A stretch of 64,000 nt of DNA from Actinomycetes bacterium (GCA_031430645.1 JANPBY010000080.1:3573-67572); one strand, 5' to 3'. Shown: positions 28,755 to 42,306, numbered from the stretch's first letter. The notes: a model not told the origin generated them from the letters alone. A program made the numbers and translations.

Positions 28755-29702
28755 GTGAGCGCCATGACGGTCATCGAAGTCACCGGCGCCCACAAGACGT
28801 ACGCCCGATTCCGGAAGCCACCCGAGAAGGCCGTCGACGGCCTCGACCTGGTGGTGGAGCAGGGCGGCGTGCACGGCTTCCTCGGCCCGAACGGGTCGGG
28901 CAAAACCACAACCATCCGGATGCTGCTCGGGCTCGTGGGCTCCGACGGCGGTGACCTACGGCTATTCGGCCGATCGGTTCCGCACGCGCTCCCGGAGGTC
29001 ACCCCTCACATAGGTGCGCTCGTGGAGACCCCGCTGTTCTTTCCGAACTTCACCGGGCGGCTCAACCTGCGCCTGCTCGCCGATGTGGCCGGCGTTCCCG
29101 CCGCGCGGGTCGAGGAGTGTCTGGAGATCGTCGACCTCCGCGAACGCGCCGACGACAAGTTCAAGAGTTACTCCCTGGGCATGAAACAGCGCCTCGGGAT
29201 CGCTGCCGCCCTGCTCAAGAAGCCGCGGCTGCTGATCCTCGATGAGCCCAGCAACGGCCTCGATCCCCAAGGGATCGTCGACGTCCGCGGTCTGCTCCGG
29301 CAGCTCGGATCAGATGGGCACACCACGGTGTTCCTCTCCAGCCACCTGCTGGGCGAGGTCCAGCAGGTGTGCGACCACGTGACGATCCTGGCCCGGGGTC
29401 GGCGAGTGGCCCACGGTCGGGTGTCCGACGTGCTGGCTGCCTCGTCGACGACGGCAGACGTACGTCTCCGCGTCGCCGACCCGATGGGGGCGCACGCGGT
29501 GCTCGAGTCCGCCGGTTTCCGGCTCACCTCCCTCGGTGACTCCTGGGCCGTGCACGACGTCGCCGATCCGTCGTCGATCACTCGCACCCTGGCCGACGCC
29601 GGGCACTACCTCAGTGAGCTGAGCCCGATGGCCGCCGACTTGGAAAGCGTGTTCCTCGAGCTGACCTCCGGAGTGGGTCGCGATGAAAGGAGCCCGGCAT
29701 GA
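28755..29702 (+). CDS. ABC transporter ATP-binding protein (ABC-2 exporter type)
   Basis: Walker A GPNGSGKTT, signature LSGGMKQRL-like (YSLGMKQRLGIAAAL), Walker B LLILDEPSNGLD. Confidence 0.85.
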   Translation: MSAMTVIEVTGAHKTYARFRKPPEKAVDGLDLVVEQGGVHGFLGPNGSGKTTTIRMLLGLVGSDGGDLRLFGRSVPHALPEVTPHIGALVETPLFFPNFTGRLNLRLLADVAGVPAARVEECLEIVDLRERADDKFKSYSLGMKQRLGIAAALLKKPRLLILDEPSNGLDPQGIVDVRGLLRQLGSDGHTTVFLSSHLLGEVQQVCDHVTILARGRRVAHGRVSDVLAASSTTADVRLRVADPMGAHAVLESAGFRLTSLGDSWAVHDVADPSSITRTLADAGHYLSELSPMAADLESVFLELTSGVGRDERSPA

Positions 29703-30739
29703 GCAACGAGACGACGCTCGCTCCCGAGGCACCGGAACTGGACGAGGCGACCCCCGGATCGCTCATCCGCTCGGAGGTCCGCCGGATCACCCACCGCCGC
29801 TTCATCCGCTGGCTGATCATCCTGGGCGCAGTCGGCTACCTCGTCATCTTGGTGATCGCCTCGACGCAGTACGCCAAGTCCTCGCCCGAGCAACTCGAGC
29901 AGGGCAAGGCGCAACTGCAGAGATTCGTAGACGAACAAAACGGCTACCGCGAGCAGTGCATCCAGAACGAGGTCCCCCCAGGGGAGGATCCCGAGCAGTT
30001 CTGTGGGCCCCCTGCCACGGCGGAGAACTTCGGAAATCCCGAAGACTTCATCGATAAGCAGCCGTTCCTTGTGAGCGACGAGCTACCCGGCTTCACTATC
30101 GGGATCGGCGTGATGGTGGCCTGTTTCTGCTTCCTGATCGGGGCCACCTGGATCGGGGCTGAATGGTCGCAGAAGACCCTGATGGCCCTGCTGTTCTGGG
30201 AACCTCGTCGGCTCAAAGTCTTTCTCACCAAGATCGGCGTCCTCGTGGTGGGCGTCGTTGCGCTCGCTGCGCTGGCCCAGGTCGTGATGATCGGTGCCGG
30301 ACTCTTCTTCGGGTCCACCAAGGGCACCACCACGGTGCCGGATGAGTTCTGGGGCGACCTGTTCGCCCAGCAGGGGCGGATTGTGCTCCTTGCAGTATTT
30401 CTGTCGCTGATCGGGTTCGGCATCGCCAACTTGATCCGCAACACCGGGGCCGCGCTGGGCGTCGGCTTCGTCTACTTCATCGCCGAACTCATCATGGCCA
30501 ACGTCAAACCTGCCTGGCAGGAGTGGTTCCTGACGGCCAATGCCGGTGCGTTGGTCAACAAGGGCGGCCTGACCCTCTATATCTACACCAACGAGCCGTC
30601 ACTCCAGCCCGATGGCTCCTTCAGCCAGGGTCGGCAACTCTTGCTGACGAACTGGCACGGCGGTCTGGTGCTCGGCGGGCTAGCGCTGGTGCTGCTGCTG
30701 GTCGGCGGCTGGCTGTTCAAGCGCCGCGACCTCACCTAG
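29699..30739 (+). CDS. ABC-2 type transporter permease
   Basis: ATGA overlap with the ATPase; 6 predicted TM helices with a large first extracytoplasmic loop. Confidence 0.6.
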   Translation: MSNETTLAPEAPELDEATPGSLIRSEVRRITHRRFIRWLIILGAVGYLVILVIASTQYAKSSPEQLEQGKAQLQRFVDEQNGYREQCIQNEVPPGEDPEQFCGPPATAENFGNPEDFIDKQPFLVSDELPGFTIGIGVMVACFCFLIGATWIGAEWSQKTLMALLFWEPRRLKVFLTKIGVLVVGVVALAALAQVVMIGAGLFFGSTKGTTTVPDEFWGDLFAQQGRIVLLAVFLSLIGFGIANLIRNTGAALGVGFVYFIAELIMANVKPAWQEWFLTANAGALVNKGGLTLYIYTNEPSLQPDGSFSQGRQLLLTNWHGGLVLGGLALVLLLVGGWLFKRRDLT

Positions 30740-30747
30740 CCCCACCC

Positions 30748-30810
30748 CGCTGAGTGTGACGTTGTGTACGCGACACGCGGCGTGTCGCGTACGTTACGTC
30801 ACACTCAGCG
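30748..30810. repeat. 63-bp near-perfect palindrome (31-nt arms, 3-nt internal mismatch, 1-nt centre) between the convergent ABC permease and DLW-39 genes
   Basis: Left arm cgctgagtgtgacgt-tgt-gtacgcgacacgc, right arm gcgtgtcgcgtac-gtt-acgtcacactcagcg. Verified by reverse-complementing by hand. The DLW-39 stop codon lies inside the right arm. Confidence 0.8.
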
Positions 30811-30939
30811 GAGGTCGAGGGAGGCGTCGCTGGTCGCCTCGGTCCAGAGATCTTGCTCGGCCTGGTCGGCCTGCAGCTTCTTCCAGGCGACAGCACCGGC
30901 CGCAGCCGCGGCGGCGGCAAGGACGAGGAGTTTCTTCAC
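30805..30939 (-). CDS. DLW-39 family microprotein (44 aa): VKKLLVLAAAAAAAGAVAWKKLQADQAEQDLWTEATSDASLDLR
   Basis: Unlisted short ORF with a GTG start after AAGGGG; N-terminal TM plus the conserved DLW motif; sits next to tRNA-Ile as in other actinobacteria. Confidence 0.55.
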   Translation of the reverse strand: MKKLLVLAAAAAAAGAVAWKKLQADQAEQDLWTEATSDASLDLR

Positions 30940-30982
30940 GGTCTAACCCTTCGTTCGAGGGAGCTTGCGGCGACACGTCGAG

Positions 30983-31056
30983 TGGGCCTAGGAGGACTTG
31001 AACCTCCGACCTCTTCCTTATCAGGGAAGCGCTCTAACCGTCTGAGCTATAGGCCC
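30983..31056 (-). tRNA. tRNA-Ile (anticodon GAU); CCA not encoded
   Basis: GGGCCUAUAGCUCAGACGGUUAGAGCGCUUCCCUGAUAAGGAAGAGGUCGGAGGUUCAAGUCCUCCUAGGCCCA; anticodon loop CUGAUAA. Confidence 0.85.
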
Positions 31057-31106
31057 TCGTTGGCCGTGGCAGCGTACCCGACCGCCGAGGGGGGCCACAA
31101 AACCGT

Positions 31107-31744
31107 TCAGGCGTCCTCGGACAGGGTGACCTCGAAGCCACCCACGAGCCCGGCCGCCAGGTTGTAGAGGAACGCCGCGAGCGTCGCCAATGCGGTCACC
31201 AGCACGACCTGGACCACGGCGAGCATCAAAGCGATACCCATGACCCGCCGCAGAGAGAAGACCTCGACCACCGAGATCGTCGATCCGGACCCGGCGATGT
31301 CGCCGATGGTCTGGTCGACGGAGACGAAGACGTCGCCGTTGACCAGCAGAGACCAGAGCAACCAGACAGCCACGATGAGCACGATCCCGCCGGCCAAGGA
31401 CAACAAGAAGCTCATCTTCATGACGGACCACGGGTCAATCTGGGAGATCGTCAACCGCGCCCGTCGGACCATCCCGACACCAACCTGCGGCGCAGCAGTG
31501 ACGACCGCCCCCGGCGGCGGCGGGCGAAGTGCGGTTGGCTCATCTGCGGCCGAACCGAGCGCGTCACCAGGTGGCGCAGGCGCGACAGTCGCCTGGGCAG
31601 GCTTTGCTGCGGTGGTCGACGTCCGTTGAGCCGGACCGGTGGTGGCCGCCGCGTCTGCCCGCGAACTCACCCGCGAACTCACCCGGCTCGCCTCTGTGGG
31701 AACCCGTGATACGGGGCCGGTCCCGGATGTGGAAGTGTCTCCGC

Positions 31745-31748
<4 letters not shown>
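31107..31748 (-). CDS. DUF3566 transmembrane protein (Rv0007-like), with low-complexity N-terminus ([10 protein letters not shown])
   Basis: Conserved C-terminal two-TM domain ([21 protein letters not shown] ... [19 protein letters not shown]); ATGA overlap with the gyrA stop. Confidence 0.7.
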
Positions 31749-34360
<2,612 letters not shown>

Positions 34361-34432
34361 GAGATGCCTTTCGTCGTACGGCTGGCGCGGGCCAAGCGGC
34401 CGGGGGCCGGTTTGGGCGAACTAGATGTCGAA

Positions 34433-36613
34433 CTAGATGTCAAGGAAGCGGACATCGCGCGCGTTGCGCTGGATGAACTTGCGGCGCTCTTCGACGTCCT
34501 CGCCCATCAAGGTGGTGAACAGCTCGTCGGCCTGGACCGCATCATCGAGGGTCACTTGGAGCAGGATCCGATGGGCCGGATCCATCGTGGTGTCCCACAG
34601 CTCGTCGGCATTCATCTCCCCGAGCCCCTTGTAGCGCTGGACCGGGTTCTCCTTGGGCAGCTTGCGCCCAGCCTCAAGACCCTCAGCCATCATCGCGTCT
34701 CGCTCACGATCGCTATAGACGAATTCGTGGTCGGCGTTGGACCAGCGCAACCGATAGAGCGGGGGCTGCGCGAGATAGACGTGGCCGACCTCGACGAGTG
34801 GACGCATGAAGCGGAAGAGGAAGGTCAGCAGCAGGGTGCGGATGTGCTGGCCGTCGACGTCGGCATCAGCCATCAACACGATCTTGTGATAGCGGAGCTT
34901 GTCGAGGTCGAAGTCCTCGTGGATCCCGGTGCCCAGTGCAGAGATCAGCGCCTGGACCTCGTTGTTGGCCAACACCTTGTCGATGCGCGCCTTTTCGACG
35001 TTGAGGATCTTGCCGCGAATCGGAAGGATCGCCTGGGTACGTGGGTCGCGACCACCCTTGGCCGAGCCACCAGCCGAATCGCCCTCCACGATGAAGACCT
35101 CGCACTCTTCGGGGTTGGTCGACTGGCAGTCCGACAACTTGCCGGGGAGGCCACCACCACCGAGCAGCCCTTTGCGATTGCGCGCGAGGTCGCGAGCCTT
35201 ACGCGCGGCGATCCGGGCAGCCGCCGCGGCCGAGGACTTGCGGGCGATGTCCTTGCCTTCGGAGGGATTGGCTTCGAACCAGCCGCCGAGCTGATCAAAG
35301 ACCAACTTCTGGACGAACGCCTTCGCTTCAGTGTTGCCGAGCTTGGTCTTGGTCTGGCCCTCGAACTGTGGCTCCCCGAGCTTGATGCTCACGATGGCGG
35401 TCAGCCCCTCGCGAATGTCCTCACCGGCCAGGTTGGTGTCCTTCTCTTTGAGGATCCCCCAGTCGCGGGCGAACTTGTTGACCAGCGTGGTCAGCGCCGC
35501 CCTGAAGCCCTCTTCGTGGGTGCCACCCTCGTGGGTGTTGATCGTGTTGGCGAAGGTGTAGACCGACTCCGAGAACGAGGTGTTCCACTGCATCGCGACC
35601 TCGAGGCTCATCGGGGCACCCGGTCGTTCAGATGATTCAGCTACGGCCTCGAAGGCGATGATCGAGCGGTGCGCCTCGCCCTTGCGGGCGTTGAGGTGCT
35701 TGACGAAGTCGACGAGTCCGTCGTCATAGCGATAGCTGACTTCACGGATCCGGGCGGCGTCCTCGAGGATCAAGTCGCGGACGGCTGCGCCCTCAACAGC
35801 TTCCTGCTCGCCGTCGAGGCGACCCTCGGCCTCGGCGTCGACCTGCTCCGAGGTGTCACCGACGGCATCGTCGGAGGTGTCCTCGTGCTCGGGCCGCTCG
35901 TCGCGCAGGCTGAGCCGCAAACCCTTGTTGAGGAACGCCATCTCCTGGAACCGCCGCGACAGGGTCTCGAAGTCGTAGTCGGTGGTCTCGAAGATGTCGG
36001 GATCGGCCCAGAACGTGATGGTCGTGCCGGTCGCCTCGGCAGGGCCGCCCTTGGCCAGCGGAGCAACCGGGCGAGATCGGTCGTAGGACTGGGTCCAGGC
36101 GAACCCATCCCGATGCACCTCCACCTCGAGGGTGCGGGCCAGCGCATTGACCACCGAGACCCCGACGCCGTGCAATCCTCCGGAGACGGAGTAGCCACCG
36201 CCCCCGAACTTGCCTCCTGCGTGCAACACGGTGAGGACCACCTCGACCGCGGGGCGCCCCTCGCCAGCAACCTCGTCGACGGGGATGCCACGGCCATTGT
36301 CGACGACGCGTACGCCGCCGTCGGCAAGGATCGTGACGTCAATGAGGTCGCAGTGACCGGCCAGCGCCTCGTCGACGGAGTTGTCGACGACCTCGTAGAC
36401 CAGGTGGTGCAGCCCCCGCGCACCGGTAGAGCCGATGTACATGCCGGGGCGCTTGCGGACGGCGTCGAGGCCCTCGAGCACCTGGATGGAGGACGCGTCA
36501 TAGGCGCCGTCGACGTGCCCGCTCTCGGCGATGCTGGGCCCATCCGCACCGGGAACGACCTCGGCCTCGCCGACGAGAACGGGCGCGGGCGGCTGATCGG
36601 AGGCGGTGGTCAC
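34433..36613 (-). CDS. gyrB: DNA gyrase subunit B
   Basis: GHKL ATPase motifs ([18 protein letters not shown]), Toprim ([10 protein letters not shown]), C-terminal tail. Confidence 0.95.
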   Translation of the reverse strand: MTTASDQPPAPVLVGEAEVVPGADGPSIAESGHVDGAYDASSIQVLEGLDAVRKRPGMYIGSTGARGLHHLVYEVVDNSVDEALAGHCDLIDVTILADGGVRVVDNGRGIPVDEVAGEGRPAVEVVLTVLHAGGKFGGGGYSVSGGLHGVGVSVVNALARTLEVEVHRDGFAWTQSYDRSRPVAPLAKGGPAEATGTTITFWADPDIFETTDYDFETLSRRFQEMAFLNKGLRLSLRDERPEHEDTSDDAVGDTSEQVDAEAEGRLDGEQEAVEGAAVRDLILEDAARIREVSYRYDDGLVDFVKHLNARKGEAHRSIIAFEAVAESSERPGAPMSLEVAMQWNTSFSESVYTFANTINTHEGGTHEEGFRAALTTLVNKFARDWGILKEKDTNLAGEDIREGLTAIVSIKLGEPQFEGQTKTKLGNTEAKAFVQKLVFDQLGGWFEANPSEGKDIARKSSAAAAARIAARKARDLARNRKGLLGGGGLPGKLSDCQSTNPEECEVFIVEGDSAGGSAKGGRDPRTQAILPIRGKILNVEKARIDKVLANNEVQALISALGTGIHEDFDLDKLRYHKIVLMADADVDGQHIRTLLLTFLFRFMRPLVEVGHVYLAQPPLYRLRWSNADHEFVYSDRERDAMMAEGLEAGRKLPKENPVQRYKGLGEMNADELWDTTMDPAHRILLQVTLDDAVQADELFTTLMGEDVEERRKFIQRNARDVRFLDI

Positions 36614-36811
36614 TGGGCTCCCTCAAAGTGGGACGTGGAGCAGGCCGCCCGACAGGCGGCCCGAGGAGACTTGAGTCTAGTGCCTCGGACCGACCAGAAA
36701 GGGCCTCCAGGAGCCCCTGGGGATAGTTTGAGCGGCCGAACGGGGGGCGTTGAATGTCCCCCCACGCGGGATGGGGTCCTCCGGCGCTCTCAGGGACTCC
36801 CGCAAACCGGC

Positions 36812-37432
36812 TCACCCGTAGGTATCCCGGGGACCCCGGCCCTTCACCGTGCGGGTGCCCTTGACCCACGAGGGGGCACCAGGCCCACGCACCTCAATCC
36901 TGGTGACGGTTCCGTGCCCGAGCTCCTCGCCGAGTCGGCGCAGCACCTGTGGGGCCAACATCCGCACCTGGGTGGCCCAGGCCGTGGAGTCGGTGCGGAC
37001 GGTGAGGACACCCTCGCTCCAGCCCTCCGGTTCGCAGTGGGCGGCTAAGTCGGCGCCCACGATCTCCGGCCACCGACCCATCACGCCCCCGACTGCAACG
37101 TCGTCCTCCCAGCCGTGCTCGGCAACCAGACGCTTCATCGTCACCGAGAGCGTCTGCGGATCGCGGTCGTCGGGGTGTGCGCCCGAACGCGTGTTGGCTC
37201 CTGCGCGTCTGGCGGCAGCCGTACGTCCGGCGCCGGTCTGCACTCCCCCCGTCTGTGGCCGCCCCGGACCGGCTCCCTTCGCCCGTGCATCAGCCTTGGC
37301 CTGGGCCAGCAGCGCCCGCGCCAGGTCGACCCCTTTGGCCTCCCCAGCGTCCGACCCACCGTGGCCTATAACCCTCGGTTGGTTGGACGCACGGGTTGGG
37401 TCGGACGCCGGAGGAGGCTCAGGCGACACTGC
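36812..37432 (-). CDS. dciA: DUF721/DciA-like protein (Rv0004 homologue; replicative helicase operator)
   Basis: Trimmed to a GTG whose leader has GAGG 6 nt upstream and overlaps the recF 3' end by 14 nt; conserved [20 protein letters not shown] and C-terminal [22 protein letters not shown]. Confidence 0.6.
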   Translation of the reverse strand, partial: AVSPEPPPASDPTRASNQPRVIGHGGSDAGEAKGVDLARALLAQAKADARAKGAGPGRPQTGGVQTGAGRTAAARRAGANTRSGAHPDDRDPQTLSVTMKRLVAEHGWEDDVAVGGVMGRWPEIVGADLAAHCEPEGWSEGVLTVRTDSTAWATQVRMLAPQVLRRLGEELGHGTVTRIEVRGPGAPSWVKGTRTVKGRGPRDTYG

Positions 37433-38549
37433 GCACCTCGCCCGCCGCGACGTCGAAGCGGACGCCCCGCAGGAGCGCGGGCACGTCGGCTGCCACGGCT
37501 GCGGTGATGAGCACCTGCTCGGCCGGGGCAACCAGTTCGGCGAGGCGATCGCGACGCGAGGTGTCGAGCTCAGCGAAGACGTCGTCGAGGATGAGCACCG
37601 GCTCACCCCCGTCACCGGTGAGCAGGTCATAGGCCGCCAGGCGCATGGCCAGGGCCAAGGACCACGACTCACCGTGGGAGGCGAATCCTTTGGCGGGCAT
37701 CGGACCCAGATCGAGTCGCAACTCATCTCGGTGCGGGCCGACCAGGGAGACTCCTCGTTCCAGCTCGGCCTTGCGGCTGGCCTGCATCGCCTCCACCAGG
37801 GCGGCGGCCAACTGGGTGCGGTCAGGCACGCGTACGGCTTCAGAACCAAGCGCCGACTGATAGCTGATGCTGGCTGTTCCACTCCCGGGAGCGACCCGGT
37901 CATAAGACCTAGCTACCAGTGGCTCGAGGTCCATGACCAGCGCGATCCGGGCGGCCAGCAACTCCCCCCCGGACTCAGCCAGGTGGGTGTCCCACACGTC
38001 GAGGGTGGAGAGTTCAGCTGACCGGCCGGTGCGGGCCGCAATCCCAGCAGACTTCAACAAAGCGTTGCGCTGCTTGAGGATTCGGTCATAGTCGGCGCGA
38101 ACACCGGCCATCCGCGGCGAACGAGCAACGAGGAGATCGTCGAGATACCTTCGTCGCTCGCTCGGGTCTCCTTTGACCAGCGCCAGGTCCTCCGGGGCGA
38201 ACAACACGGTGCGCACCAACCCCAAGACTTCGCGGGGACGCGGCACCGGTGAGCGGTTGATCCGAGCCCGGTTGGCCTTGCCCGGATTGATCTCGACCTC
38301 GACGAGGGTCGGGCGGGCGTCGCGAACCACGGAAACCCTGACGACGGCGCGCTGCGCGCCCTGCCGTACGAGCGGTGCATCTGCCGCGACCCGGTGGCTC
38401 GACAGCGACGCGGCGTAGCCGATCGCTTCGACCAGGTTGGTCTTGCCCTGCCCGTTCGGGCCGACCAACCCCGTGATTCCTGGACCGAGCGGCAACTCGA
38501 CCCCGGCATAGGACCGGAAGTCTGTGAGCGACAGGTGAGCGACGTGCAC
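37419..38549 (-). CDS. recF: DNA replication/repair protein RecF
   Basis: Walker [10 protein letters not shown], signature and Walker B ([20 protein letters not shown]). Confidence 0.9.
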   Translation of the reverse strand: MHVAHLSLTDFRSYAGVELPLGPGITGLVGPNGQGKTNLVEAIGYAASLSSHRVAADAPLVRQGAQRAVVRVSVVRDARPTLVEVEINPGKANRARINRSPVPRPREVLGLVRTVLFAPEDLALVKGDPSERRRYLDDLLVARSPRMAGVRADYDRILKQRNALLKSAGIAARTGRSAELSTLDVWDTHLAESGGELLAARIALVMDLEPLVARSYDRVAPGSGTASISYQSALGSEAVRVPDRTQLAAALVEAMQASRKAELERGVSLVGPHRDELRLDLGPMPAKGFASHGESWSLALAMRLAAYDLLTGDGGEPVLILDDVFAELDTSRRDRLAELVAPAEQVLITAAVAADVPALLRGVRFDVAAGEVRSVA

Positions 38550-38550
38550 G

Positions 38551-39687
38551 TCAGCCCGAGAGGCGGACGGGCATCAACAGGTAGCGGTAGCTGGCTTCGC
38601 CGGAGCTCGGCTCAGAGTCGGTTGACCGTCCGGTCAGCACCGCCGGCTTGGTCGACGTCGTGAAGGACAGCACCGCAATCGGGGCGTCGATCGCGCCAAG
38701 GCCGTCGAGCAGGAATTGGGGATTGAACGCGATCGTGATCGCTTCGCCGGTCAGCTCGGCCTCGACGGTCTCGGTGGCCTGGGCGTCCTCGCCGGTGCCA
38801 GCGTCAAGCTGGAGCTCCCCGGCCGTGAAGGACAGGCGAACCGGGGTGTTCCGCTCGGCGACGAGCGACACCCGCTTGACTGCCTCCACGAAGGCCCCGG
38901 TGTCGATGGTCGCCACCGACAACGACTCCGAGGGGAGCAGCGAGCGGTACTTGGGGAACTCCCCGTCCAGCAGCCGGGTGGTTGTACGGCGACCGGCGCC
39001 CTCGATGCCCAGAAGGCCTTCGCCGATCGCCCCAGAAGCCAGTGCGAGGGAGACCGTCTCACCTGCGCCGAGGGACTTTGCCGTGTCGGCGAGCGTACGT
39101 GCGGGGACCAGGGCCACCGCTTCAGCACCCGGGGCCTCAGGAGTCCAGGGAATCTCTCGCACCGCCAGCCGGTAGCGGTCAGTCGCAGCCAACGTCAGAG
39201 TTTCGCCCTCGATCTCCAACCGGATCCCCGTGAGCACCGGGAGCGTGTCGTCCCGCCCAGCCGCCACGGCTACCTGGGCCACCGCTGCTGCGAAGGCGCT
39301 GCCGGTGAGAGTGCCGCTCTGCGACGGCATCTCGGGAAGGCTCGGGTACTCCTCGACCGGCAGCGTGGGGAGCGAGAACGTTGCGCTCCCACAAACCAGC
39401 TGCACCTTGGTGCCCTCAGTGGTGATCGTCACCGGGCGGGCCGGTAACGCACGGGTGATCTCCGCAAGCAGGCGGCCGGAGACCAAAACCGTGCCGGCTT
39501 CTTCGACCACGGCGTCGACCTCAACCCGACCACTGACTTCGTAGTCGAAGGAGGACAACGTCAGGTGGTCGCCCGAAGCTTCGATGAGTAGGCCGGCCAG
39601 CACAGGGACGGGTGGACGAGCCGGCAAGCTGCGCGCCGTCCAGGTCACGGCTTCGGCAAGAGTGTCGCGTTCGACCCGGATACGCAC
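38551..39687 (-). CDS. dnaN: DNA polymerase III beta sliding clamp
   Basis: 378 aa with three-domain clamp conservation; GTG start; 1 nt before recF. Confidence 0.9.
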   Translation of the reverse strand: MRIRVERDTLAEAVTWTARSLPARPPVPVLAGLLIEASGDHLTLSSFDYEVSGRVEVDAVVEEAGTVLVSGRLLAEITRALPARPVTITTEGTKVQLVCGSATFSLPTLPVEEYPSLPEMPSQSGTLTGSAFAAAVAQVAVAAGRDDTLPVLTGIRLEIEGETLTLAATDRYRLAVREIPWTPEAPGAEAVALVPARTLADTAKSLGAGETVSLALASGAIGEGLLGIEGAGRRTTTRLLDGEFPKYRSLLPSESLSVATIDTGAFVEAVKRVSLVAERNTPVRLSFTAGELQLDAGTGEDAQATETVEAELTGEAITIAFNPQFLLDGLGAIDAPIAVLSFTTSTKPAVLTGRSTDSEPSSGEASYRYLLMPVRLSG

Positions 39688-40156
39688 CGGCTAAGCCTCT
39701 CTCGTGTTCGGTCTCGAGTTTCACGTGTTCCGACTAAGTCGGACGAGCCTATGCGGTGAGTCCCCCGAAGAGGTCGTCCCCAGGGTGTCTGACTCCCGAG
39801 TTTGGTTCTTGGTCCCCTTGATAGAGACCTTCGTCTGTCGTCATAGGGGGCGTGGATACTGTGGATAAGCGGCATGAGTGCAGGTCAAGGGCTGGCGTGC
39901 GTCCACCGGAACTGTGGACGGCCTGCGGACAACTTCAGCGGTGCCCAGCGGGTGCCGGTCGGCCGCAGCACGTCTGTGCCGCTTTGCACCGGCGTGGGGG
40001 CAGCCTGGGGAGGTTGTCCCCAGGTTTGTCCCCAGGATGTGTACCCACGGTCACCAAAACGTTGTCTGCGCGACTCAGCGTGCCAGGGCGGTGTTGGCCA
40101 ACTGTTCACCGTGCAACCGGTCACCGTGCAACGTCTCACCGTGGTGCCGGAGCGGG
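39688..40156. other. Candidate oriC (dnaA-dnaN intergenic): DnaA-box cluster plus a comparatively AT-rich segment
   Basis: Perfect TTATCCACA (as tgtggataa, ~39860-39868). Near-boxes cgtggatac (~39851), tgtggacgg (~39914), TTGTCCCCA x2 (~40013, ~40026). Lower-GC stretch ~39781-39850. Three TCACCGTG(CAAC) direct repeats at ~40105-40142. Confidence 0.6.
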
Positions 40157-41860
40157 TCATCCGCGGGCCTGGGACTTGATCCGGTTGGTGAGCTCGGTGA
40201 CCTGGTTGTAGACGCTGCGGCGTTCAGCCATCAGCGTGCGAATCTTCCGGTCGGCATGCATCACCGTCGTGTGGTCGCGCCCACCAAACTGCTGGCCGAT
40301 CTTGGGCAGGGACAGGTCCGTGAGCTCGCGGCACAGGTACATCGCGATCTGCCGGGCCGTGACGAGCACCCGGGAGCGGGAGGAGCCACAGAGGTCCTCC
40401 ATGCTCAGCCCGAAGTAGGCCGCCGTCTGGGCCATGATCGTGGCCGAGGTGATCTCGGGGCCGGATGTGTCGGTGATGAGGTCCTTCAGGACGACCTCGG
40501 CGAGGGCCAGGTCGACGGGCTGCCGGTTGAGGCTGGCAAAGGCTGTCACCCGGATGAGCGCACCCTCGAGTTCGCGAATGTTGGTCGCGATCTTGCTTGC
40601 GATGTACTCCAGCACCTCCGGCGGCGCCGAGAGCCGCTCCTGGGCGGCCTTCTTGCGGAGGATGGCGATGCGGGTCTCGAGGTCGGGAGGCTGGACGTCG
40701 GTGATCAGACCCCACTCGAACCTGCTGCGCATCCGGTCCTCGAAGGCCGGCAACTGCTTGGGCGGTACGTCGCTGGTGATGACGATCTGCTTGTTGGCGT
40801 TGTGGAGGGTGTTGAAGGTATGGAAGAACTCTTCCTGCGTCTGCACCTTGCCCTGGAAGAACTGGATGTCGTCGACCAGCAGGATGTCGACGTCGCGGTA
40901 GCGGCGCTGGAACGCCGACGCCTTGTCGTCGCGGATGGAGTTGATGAAGTCGTTGGTGAACTCCTCTGAGCTCACGTAACGCACCCGGCAGCCGTTGTAG
41001 AGGCTGCGCGCGTAGTGCCCGATCGCGTGCAGCAGGTGAGTCTTGCCGAGTCCGCTCTCGCCGTAGATGAACAGCGGGTTGTATGCCTTGGCCGGCGCTT
41101 CGGCTACCGCCACGGCCGCCGCATGCGCGAACCTGTTGCTCGAGCCGATGACGAAGGTGTCGAAGGTGTATTTGTCGTTGAGCCGGCTCTGCTCGGCGTC
41201 ACGGCGCGTGCTCGGCTGCCCAGCGCCGGGACGGACGCTTGGTTCGTAGATGTCTCCGGCTTCCTGGGCGCGCGACGTGCTCTCGCGCACGTCGGTCTGC
41301 CGACGTTCCCCGGGGAAGGTGGTGACTGCATCAAGCTGGTAGGCGAAGGTGGCATCGGCGACCTGGTCGGTGAGGTCTTCGAGGGAGCCTCGCTCGGAAG
41401 GGGCCCCGCCGCCCGCAGCATCAGGATCAACGGTGACCGCGATAGCCACGTCGCGGCCCAGCTCAATCGATAGGGCGCGGGTCAGCGTGGGGCGCAGGCG
41501 GTTCTCGATGACGTCCCGGGCGAACTCGTTCGGCGCGGCGATGATGATCGCGTCGCCAACGACGGCCATCGGACGCGTCAAGCGCAGGAACGCGCTGTGC
41601 TGGGCGGAGACGTCCTGCAGCCCGGCGAGGGTGCGGGTCCAGATCGCAGCGAGGTCCTCGGGTGCTTCTACCTGTGGGCTCGTTGGTTCGTCGACCACGA
41701 GCGGGCGCGCAGCGTCGCCATCGGCTGGCTCGAGCAACGATGTGCTGGCGGAGGTGAATGGAACGGTCGGCTGCACCGTGGGGCCCCCTTCGAGGGTGCG
41801 TGAGCGTGTGTCATCGATCTGCGTGGCGGGGGAAGTGCATCCACACGGGTATCCGTTCAC
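40157..41860 (-). CDS. dnaA: Chromosomal replication initiator DnaA (true start may lie downstream of the annotated GTG)
   Basis: Domain [15 protein letters not shown]; AAA+ Walker [12 protein letters not shown], Walker B LLVDDIQF, sensor motifs; domain IV DNA-binding ([10 protein letters not shown]). Confidence 0.9.
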   Translation of the reverse strand: MNGYPCGCTSPATQIDDTRSRTLEGGPTVQPTVPFTSASTSLLEPADGDAARPLVVDEPTSPQVEAPEDLAAIWTRTLAGLQDVSAQHSAFLRLTRPMAVVGDAIIIAAPNEFARDVIENRLRPTLTRALSIELGRDVAIAVTVDPDAAGGGAPSERGSLEDLTDQVADATFAYQLDAVTTFPGERRQTDVRESTSRAQEAGDIYEPSVRPGAGQPSTRRDAEQSRLNDKYTFDTFVIGSSNRFAHAAAVAVAEAPAKAYNPLFIYGESGLGKTHLLHAIGHYARSLYNGCRVRYVSSEEFTNDFINSIRDDKASAFQRRYRDVDILLVDDIQFFQGKVQTQEEFFHTFNTLHNANKQIVITSDVPPKQLPAFEDRMRSRFEWGLITDVQPPDLETRIAILRKKAAQERLSAPPEVLEYIASKIATNIRELEGALIRVTAFASLNRQPVDLALAEVVLKDLITDTSGPEITSATIMAQTAAYFGLSMEDLCGSSRSRVLVTARQIAMYLCRELTDLSLPKIGQQFGGRDHTTVMHADRKIRTLMAERRSVYNQVTELTNRIKSQARG

Positions 41861-42306
41861 ACGGGTATCCGTTCACACGGGTTTCATCCACACCGTCGTC
41901 CACAGGGTGTGTACGGCTGATGGTGGGTGTCTCGTGCGGCTACCGGAGCCGTGACCCTAGTCACCCGAGTCGGGTTCGGACAAGCCGTTGTCCACAGATC
42001 CTGGCCCAATCTCGTACGCCTTCGGCGTGTCGCGCCCTGCCGGGGGAGTCGTTGGGCCACTCTGGGGGGTTACTTTCTGGCTGTTTGTGGCCCTCGATTG
42101 CGGGCGCTGCGGACGTCGACGGTTTGACCGTGCTCGGGGTGCCGCCGTACCGTGGCACGTCGGTCTCGGTTGACGGCTGGTGTCGTATGCCTGTCGCGCC
42201 TCGCGCGCGGGTGTCCGGTGGCAGCCGTCGGTCGCCAGTCTGGCCATCCCTTCCTACGTGCCGAAGGCCCGTTCAGCCCCGTTCGTTCCCGAATTCCGGA
42301 GTCTCC
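41861..42306. promoter_or_regulatory. dnaA/rpmH intergenic regulatory region with DnaA boxes and tandem 16-bp repeats
   Basis: Perfect TTGTCCACA (~41987-41995); TCGTCCACA (~41896); TCATCCACA (~41883); GCATCCACA (~41836). Tandem cacacgggtatccgtt x2 plus a degenerate third copy (~41841-41888) straddling the annotated dnaA start. Confidence 0.5.

Noticed and set aside
28469-29002. 177-aa minus-strand ORF spanning tRNA-Ala and the ABC ATPase start
   Set aside because: It overlaps a confident tRNA and the 5' end of a confident CDS, and shows no domain signal.
36614-36811. Hairpins (ggccgcc-cgacag-ggcggcc; gggggg-N10-cccccc) between dciA and gyrB as terminators
   Set aside because: There are no U-tracts, and the region also has to carry the gyrB promoter. 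I could not distinguish a terminator from promoter-associated structure by eye.
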